Positions 59,402-64,000 of a stretch of DNA of 64,000 nt are shown here, piece after piece. The translations under genes were made by a program, and so were the position numbers. Positions within the stretch are counted from its first letter, which is position 1, and the number at the start of each line of letters is the position of its first letter. The stretch comes from Abditibacteriaceae bacterium (GTDB taxonomy: Bacteria > Armatimonadota > Abditibacteriia > Abditibacteriales > Abditibacteriaceae): assembly GCA_965277285.1 (NCBI GenBank), contig OZ255721.1:1440001-1504000 (forward strand), in the 5' to 3' direction. The notes beneath the pieces were generated by a model that was not told where the DNA came from, searched no databases, and saw only the letters and a list, made by a program, of their open reading frames with translations.

Positions 59402-59941
59402 TTAGCTTTCTTGCGCGAGTGGACACGTCAGTGTAAATGCCGTACGAAATGGTGAGCAAAGCACTGCCGGATAGCTGTCATGTGCCGTCGAGAAAGTGAC
59501 AGAATCGTGTGTGCCGTCTTCAAAGCCTTCAATCCAGACCTCTCCGCCGTGCGCTTCGACAATTTTTTGCACGGACAACAAACCCAATCCCGTGCCTTCG
59601 ACATCCGCGTGGGTTTCGAGGCGCCCAAACGGCGCGAACAGGCGCGCGGCCTGCTCCCGCGTCAATCCCTGGTTTGTCTTCCCTTCGTCCATTACGGCGA
59701 GCCAGAGCACATCGTTGTGCGTCCGCCATGTGATGCGCACTTCACCATCCGAGTACTTGAGCGCGTTGCCGATCAGGTTCATCAGCACCGTCACCATCTT
59801 CATCTCGTCGGCGCAGATTGTGAAATCCTTGTCTTCGAGGGTGAGTGTATGACCGTGCGTGAAGCGTGGCTTCTGGAAGCTGGCGCCCGCTTCGACAACG
59901 GCGCGCACCGAAATGGGCTTGAGTTCGACCGGAACTGGTTG
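59402..59941 (-). pseudogene. 5'-truncated sensor histidine kinase (HATPase_c only)
   Basis: NLIGNALKYS, FAPFGRL, GTGLGL; the frame is lost at ~59941 where an IS3-like end begins. Confidence 0.75.
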
Positions 59942-60050
59942 TGGAATAGAGTCGAATAAGTGGACAATGGGATAAGCTTTTTCAGAGAATGAAGGAGGTT
60001 ATCCATGTCCCCGATTCGTAAACAATTCAGTGAAGAGTTCAAGCTGGAAC
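59942..60050 (+). mobile_element. IS3-family left-end stub
   Basis: TGGAATAGAGTCGAATAAGTGGACA end-like sequence; RBS AAGGAGG; MSPIRKQFSEEFKLE resembles the start of IS3 OrfA. Confidence 0.55.
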
Positions 60051-60456
60051 TCAATCGAACTGCGCGCCAAGAAAACCAAAGGCGCGTTGAGGAAATGTTA
60101 CAAACCATTGGCAGAGGAAACGCAACAGGGGCTTTGTGGCAAATGCTCAACGAACGAGCCACACACCTTCAAGTCGAAGGAGAACGCTTGAAGCGAGAGG
60201 AACGGCAACTGAGCGGAGAGATAGCGAATTTTGAAATAGACTTCGACGCCCAAACGTTCAAGACGACTTTGTGCGACTTCAAGAAACTGGCGTCGGTAGC
60301 CGAGCCGGAAGAGCTACAAAAGCTCATCCGCTTGGCGGTGCGGCGCATCGAGTGGATGCCCGAAGGCGTGCACCGCATACAGTTTTACTATCTGCCAAAA
60401 ACGAAAAAGCCCCTGTCAAACGGCGACAGGAGCGAGTTCGCAACTAATGTACGATC
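60050..60456 (+). pseudogene. C-terminal remnant of a large serine recombinase reading into tRNA-Asp
   Basis: Coiled coil then ELQKLIRLAVRRIEW...IQFY, typical of serine integrase C-termini; abuts the tRNA 3' end. Confidence 0.55.
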
Positions 60457-60533
60457 TGGCGGACCCGACCGGATTCGAACCGGCGATCTCTTCCGTGACA
60501 GGGAAGCATGTTGGGCCACTACACCACGGGTCC
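60457..60533 (-). tRNA. tRNA-Asp (GTC)
   Basis: GGACCCGTGGTGTAGTGG...CT-GTC-AC...GGTTCGAATCC...GGGTCCGCCA. Confidence 0.95.
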
Positions 60534-60624
60534 ATTGATGAAATTCTCAGTTTTGAGTTCTTAATTTTGAATTAGGAACCGCCATCATTGAGGATGGAGA
60601 ACTCAAGATTGAGAACTGTCTGGC

Positions 60625-60697
60625 TGCGCAAGGAGGGACTCGAACCCCCGGTAGCCTGCTTGTAAGGCAGGTGCTTTAGCCACTAAGCTACTCGCGC
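60625..60697 (-). tRNA. tRNA-Val (TAC)
   Basis: GCGCGAGTAGCTTAGTGG...CT-TAC-AA...GGTTCGAGTCC...CTTGCGCA. Confidence 0.92.
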
Positions 60698-60937
60698 GCT
60701 TACCATCCAAACGTTTTCAAGACAGTATTGAAGCGACAACGTTCAAGCGACAGCGGACATTAAATCTACCGCAAGGCGAGGCTTTCGTCAAGAGCTTGCG
60801 GCAAGAAAATCTCTCAACACAGGGATAGAAACAGTTCGATTTTCCAATCGAGTACTCGATTTCCCTCCATAAGCCCTTGTCACGGCGTAGCGAAAACGTT
60901 AGAATGTCGGTGCATTCGCAATTTCTTATTGCGACCA

Positions 60938-61009
60938 GGGCGATTAGCTCAGGGGTAGAGCACTACGTTGACATCGTAGGGGTCGGAGGTTCAAATCCTC
61001 CATCGCCCA
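60938..61009 (+). tRNA. tRNA-Val (GAC)
   Basis: GGGCGATTAGCTCAGGGGTAGAGC...TT-GAC-AT...GGTTCAAATCC...ATCGCCCA. Confidence 0.95.
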
Positions 61010-61268
61010 GTTACCAAAACGGTCTGTATTGAACGTGAATTCACGGTTTGTGGTTGTCCGCATTCTGTTAAAACACCTCGATACAGGCCGTTTTGTTTTA
61101 TTGCGAGTGTCCCCTAACTCTTCTTGCTACCGCGCCTTGAGCGTTTCAACTTTTGACTAACGCGACTTTTGACTAACGCGATCACGTCAAGCAGAGTTCT
61201 GTGTGCGACGCTGTTGCGGCGCTGCGTTTAAGGCGAGGTACTACTTGAATTCAGAACCGGAACCGGAA

Positions 61269-61994
61269 ATGGAGCGCTTCTTCATTGGATGCGCTGGATG
61301 GAGCCTTCCCAAGTCGTACACGCAACACTTTTCGTCATCAGGAAGCCATCTTGAACGCTACGCCGCGCGTTTTCGAGGTGTCGAAATCAACTCGTCGTTC
61401 TACCGTCCGCATCGCCCGCAAACCTACGCAAAATGGGCGTCGTCCGTGCCGCAGCATTTTCGTTTTGCGGTTAAAGTGCCAAAAGTCATCACGCACGAAA
61501 AGCGCCTCAAAAATATCCGCGAGCCGCTCGATAAATTCTTGGATGAAGTAACAGAATTAGGCGACAAACTCGGCCCGTTGCTGGTGCAATTGCCGCCCAG
61601 TTTGGCTTATGAAAAAGATGTCTCCACGAACTTTTTTGGCGTCTTGCGCGAAGTGTTCGCTGGACAAGTCGTGTGCGAACCGCGCCACGCCACATGGTTT
61701 GAACATGAGGCCGATACTCTATTGGAAAAATTTCAAATTGGTCGTGTAGCGGCTGATCCCGCGCTATTGCCACAGGCCTTTGAGCCTGGCGGATGGAAAA
61801 GTCTGGTCTATTATCGACTGCACGGTTCGCCAACAATTTACCGCTCGGCTTATTCGCCTGAATTCTTGGATCACTTAGCGACCAGCCTTCAAAAACAAAG
61901 GCAGCAGCCAATTCCAGCATGGTGCATTTTTGACAACACAGCCGAAGGAGCCGCCACCGGCAACGCTCTCGACCTCATCAAGAGTGTAAGTTGA
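61269..61994 (+). CDS. DUF72 domain protein
   Basis: IGCAGWS, VEINSSFY, FAVKVP..ITH, LVQLPPS, EPRH, YYRLHG, FDN. Confidence 0.92.
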   Translation: MERFFIGCAGWSLPKSYTQHFSSSGSHLERYAARFRGVEINSSFYRPHRPQTYAKWASSVPQHFRFAVKVPKVITHEKRLKNIREPLDKFLDEVTELGDKLGPLLVQLPPSLAYEKDVSTNFFGVLREVFAGQVVCEPRHATWFEHEADTLLEKFQIGRVAADPALLPQAFEPGGWKSLVYYRLHGSPTIYRSAYSPEFLDHLATSLQKQRQQPIPAWCIFDNTAEGAATGNALDLIKSVS

Positions 61995-62152
61995 AGTCGG
62001 GCCGATTTTAATCAGCCACTTGGCAACAAGCCGCAGCAATAATCCAAGTGCGGTCGCTTGGAGCGAAGAAATCATCGTGTGCGATACAATTCAAAAGTGT
62101 TTGGCGCATTGCGGCACAATGACTTTTCCATCAATTGAAACGAGAACAAATT

Positions 62153-63142
62153 ATGAACACCAATAACAATCTGCCCATGCGCGTGCTGGGCAAAACAGGC
62201 TTTGAAGTTTCTGAGATCGGCTTTGGCGCGTGGGCGATTGGCGGCAGTTGGGGCGAAGAAGTGGACGAAACAACCGCTTTGGCCGCGCTGCACGCCGCGA
62301 TTGACGCTGGCACCAACTTCATCGACACCGCGGATGTTTATGGCGGAGGACGCAGCGAACGCTTGATCGGCCAATTGCTCAAGGCGCGCAGCGAGCGCAT
62401 TTACGTCGCCACCAAAATGGGGCGCAACAACGGCTGGAACGATTCTTACTCCGCAATCGAAGGAGCAGCGGCGGCTTCGCTCAAAAATCTGGGCGTCGAA
62501 ACGCTCGATTTGGTGCAACTGCATTGTGTTTCGATGGAAACCTTGCGCGGCCCGGTTTGGGAACATCTCGAAACGCTGAAAAGTAAAGGCCTGATTCGTT
62601 TTTACGGCGCCAGCGTGGAAAGCATCGAAGAAGGTTTGCACTGCATCGAGTACTCGAACTGCGCGAGTTTGCAAGTCATCTTCAACATTTTTCGTCAACG
62701 CTTGATCGACGAACTTTTTCCCGCCGCTCAAGCCGCCAATGTCGGACTGATCGCGCGCGTGCCGCTGGCGAGCGGAATCCTGACCGGCAAGTTCGGCAAA
62801 GATCACCAGTTTGCCCCCGATGATCATCGCAACTTCAACGCGGACGGCCAAAGTTTCAACGCGGGCGAAACGTTTGCTGGCGTGCCCTTTGAACGCGGCG
62901 TTGAGTTCGCCGAGAAAATTCGCGCCATCATCGGCGACGATGCGCCGCTCTCAGCCCAAGCTTTGCGCTGGATTTTAGATTTCGAGGCGATTAGCACCGT
63001 CATTCCAGGCGCCAAAACGCCCGCGCAAGCGCAGCAAAATGCCGTCGCCGCGACCTTGCCGCACCTTAATTCCGAAGTTCATGCCGCGCTGCAACAGCTT
63101 TATCGCACTGAAATCGAGCCTTTGATTCGCGGCGCTTATTAA
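62153..63142 (+). CDS. Aldo/keto reductase
   Basis: LGKTGFEVSEIGFG, FIDTADVYG, ATKMG, LVQLH, VIPGAK. Confidence 0.94.
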   Translation: MNTNNNLPMRVLGKTGFEVSEIGFGAWAIGGSWGEEVDETTALAALHAAIDAGTNFIDTADVYGGGRSERLIGQLLKARSERIYVATKMGRNNGWNDSYSAIEGAAAASLKNLGVETLDLVQLHCVSMETLRGPVWEHLETLKSKGLIRFYGASVESIEEGLHCIEYSNCASLQVIFNIFRQRLIDELFPAAQAANVGLIARVPLASGILTGKFGKDHQFAPDDHRNFNADGQSFNAGETFAGVPFERGVEFAEKIRAIIGDDAPLSAQALRWILDFEAISTVIPGAKTPAQAQQNAVAATLPHLNSEVHAALQQLYRTEIEPLIRGAY

Positions 63143-63270
63143 ATTTGGCCTGAAGTGAAACTTTTTACGAAAAAGAACTATCGAGTACTCGATAGCTGCT
63201 AAATCCTTTCGTTAAAAATCGCGCGGCACGCCACAAGTGCAAGTGCAAGTGCAAGTGCAGCAAACCGAAG

Positions 63271-63918
63271 TTAGTCGTCTTGCAGCCAGCCTTGTCGCAG
63301 GGCCAAGCGCACGAGGTCGGCTCGGGACGAGAGTTCCAGTTTTTCCATGCTGCGCGCTTTGTGGGTTTCCACCGTTTTAATGCTCAAGTGCAAGCGTTCG
63401 GCGACTTCGCGGTTGGTGTAGCCGCGAGCGATGTCCGCCAGCACTTCGGCTTCGCGCGCGCTGAGCTTCTCAAGACCGTTGTCGTTGGTGGTTCGCTGAA
63501 CGTAATCGTTGACGACAAGGCTGGTCACGGCGGGGTCGAGATAGGTTCCGCCCGTCATCACGACGCGGATCGCTTTGGTCAATTCTTCGGAGATCGTGCG
63601 TTTGAGAACGTAACCCACAGCGCCCGCTTTGAGCAGTTGCCGCACATGAACAGCGTCGGCGTATCCTGTCAGCACGACGACTTTGACTTGCGGGCAAAGG
63701 GTTTTGAGTCGCTCCGTCGCTTGTGCGCCATTGAGGTGCGGCATCGAAACATCCATCAAGACGACATCCGGCTGCATCGCTTCGATTTGCCGGCACGCGG
63801 TTTCGCCGTCTCCCGCTTCGCCGACGATTTCCATGTCAGGCTGCGAGTTGATAAGCAACTTCAACCCGTCGCGCAACACCGCATGATCGTCCACGACAAA
63901 AATACGCAGTTTCTTCAT
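63271..63918 (-). CDS. NarL/LuxR family response regulator
   Basis: VVDDH, VLMDVSMP, GYVLK, LSAREAEVL...TVETHK. Confidence 0.94.
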   Translation of the reverse strand: MKKLRIFVVDDHAVLRDGLKLLINSQPDMEIVGEAGDGETACRQIEAMQPDVVLMDVSMPHLNGAQATERLKTLCPQVKVVVLTGYADAVHVRQLLKAGAVGYVLKRTISEELTKAIRVVMTGGTYLDPAVTSLVVNDYVQRTTNDNGLEKLSAREAEVLADIARGYTNREVAERLHLSIKTVETHKARSMEKLELSSRADLVRLALRQGWLQDD

Positions 63919-64000
63919 GGTTGTTCTCGTTGTAAAAGCGTTGTTGCACACTCTGCGCGGGTTGCGTTTGTAGGGACATGGCTTGCTATGTCCGCGACGC

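Larger units (their letters stand above)
50..63193. repeat. Dispersed highly iterated palindrome (A/T)TCGAGTACTCGA(A/T)
   Basis: About 42 exact 12-mers counted by eye (e.g. 51, 1741, 3127, 5585, 7087, 9200, 10119, 10892, 11829, 13485, 15246, 16641, 17662, 18119, 18885, 19456, 22298, 23063, 24754, 25267, 26494, 26946, 29521, 33128, 45116, 48671, 53318, 60848, 62646, 63181). Confidence 0.97.

Noticed and set aside
50..63193. Iterated palindrome as a CRISPR array
   Set aside because: Copies are 12-14 bp, kilobases apart and often inside genes; there is no repeat-spacer periodicity and no cas gene in the window.
63233..63258. (CAAGTG)x4 and the 16-bp tandem duplicate at ~61149-61180
   Set aside because: Short intergenic slippage-type repeats with no supporting context.

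Overview
Bacterial chromosomal window with a mix of accessory and housekeeping genes. The gene content is compatible with an Armatimonadota/Abditibacteriota-like organism, but this is an unverified inference. Left to right: (1) a tandem array of secreted TPR-CHAT proteases and a subtilase fused to a PvdP/tyrosinase-like domain; (2) a ~14 kb locus in which a class IV (LanL-type) lanthipeptide cluster, with three NHLP-like-leader Tyr-rich precursors, sits among cyclic-nucleotide signalling genes (class III cyclase with atypical base-selecting residues, RyR-domain protein, GAF protein, small S8 protease, Crp regulator, cNMP-domain ABC exporter, second cNMP protein); (3) pfkB-family kinase, Lon protease domain, TfoX, MFS, moaA/moaC; (4) duplicated secreted DUF11/Ig and S8 proteins, three of which share an unnamed C-terminal domain; (5) an IS5 element, housekeeping genes and an intein-containing uvrB; (6) a GH2-GH53 fusion with a LacI regulator, decayed mobile DNA at tRNA-Asp, three tRNAs and further housekeeping genes. 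The strongest window-wide signal is a 12-14 bp palindrome, (A/T)TCGAGTACTCGA(A/T). I count about 42 exact 12-mer copies by eye, plus about 20 near-matches, both between genes and inside genes in all three reading frames. It behaves like a HIP1-type highly iterated palindrome of a different sequence. Counts and family assignments come from motif recognition by eye; no database searches were run.
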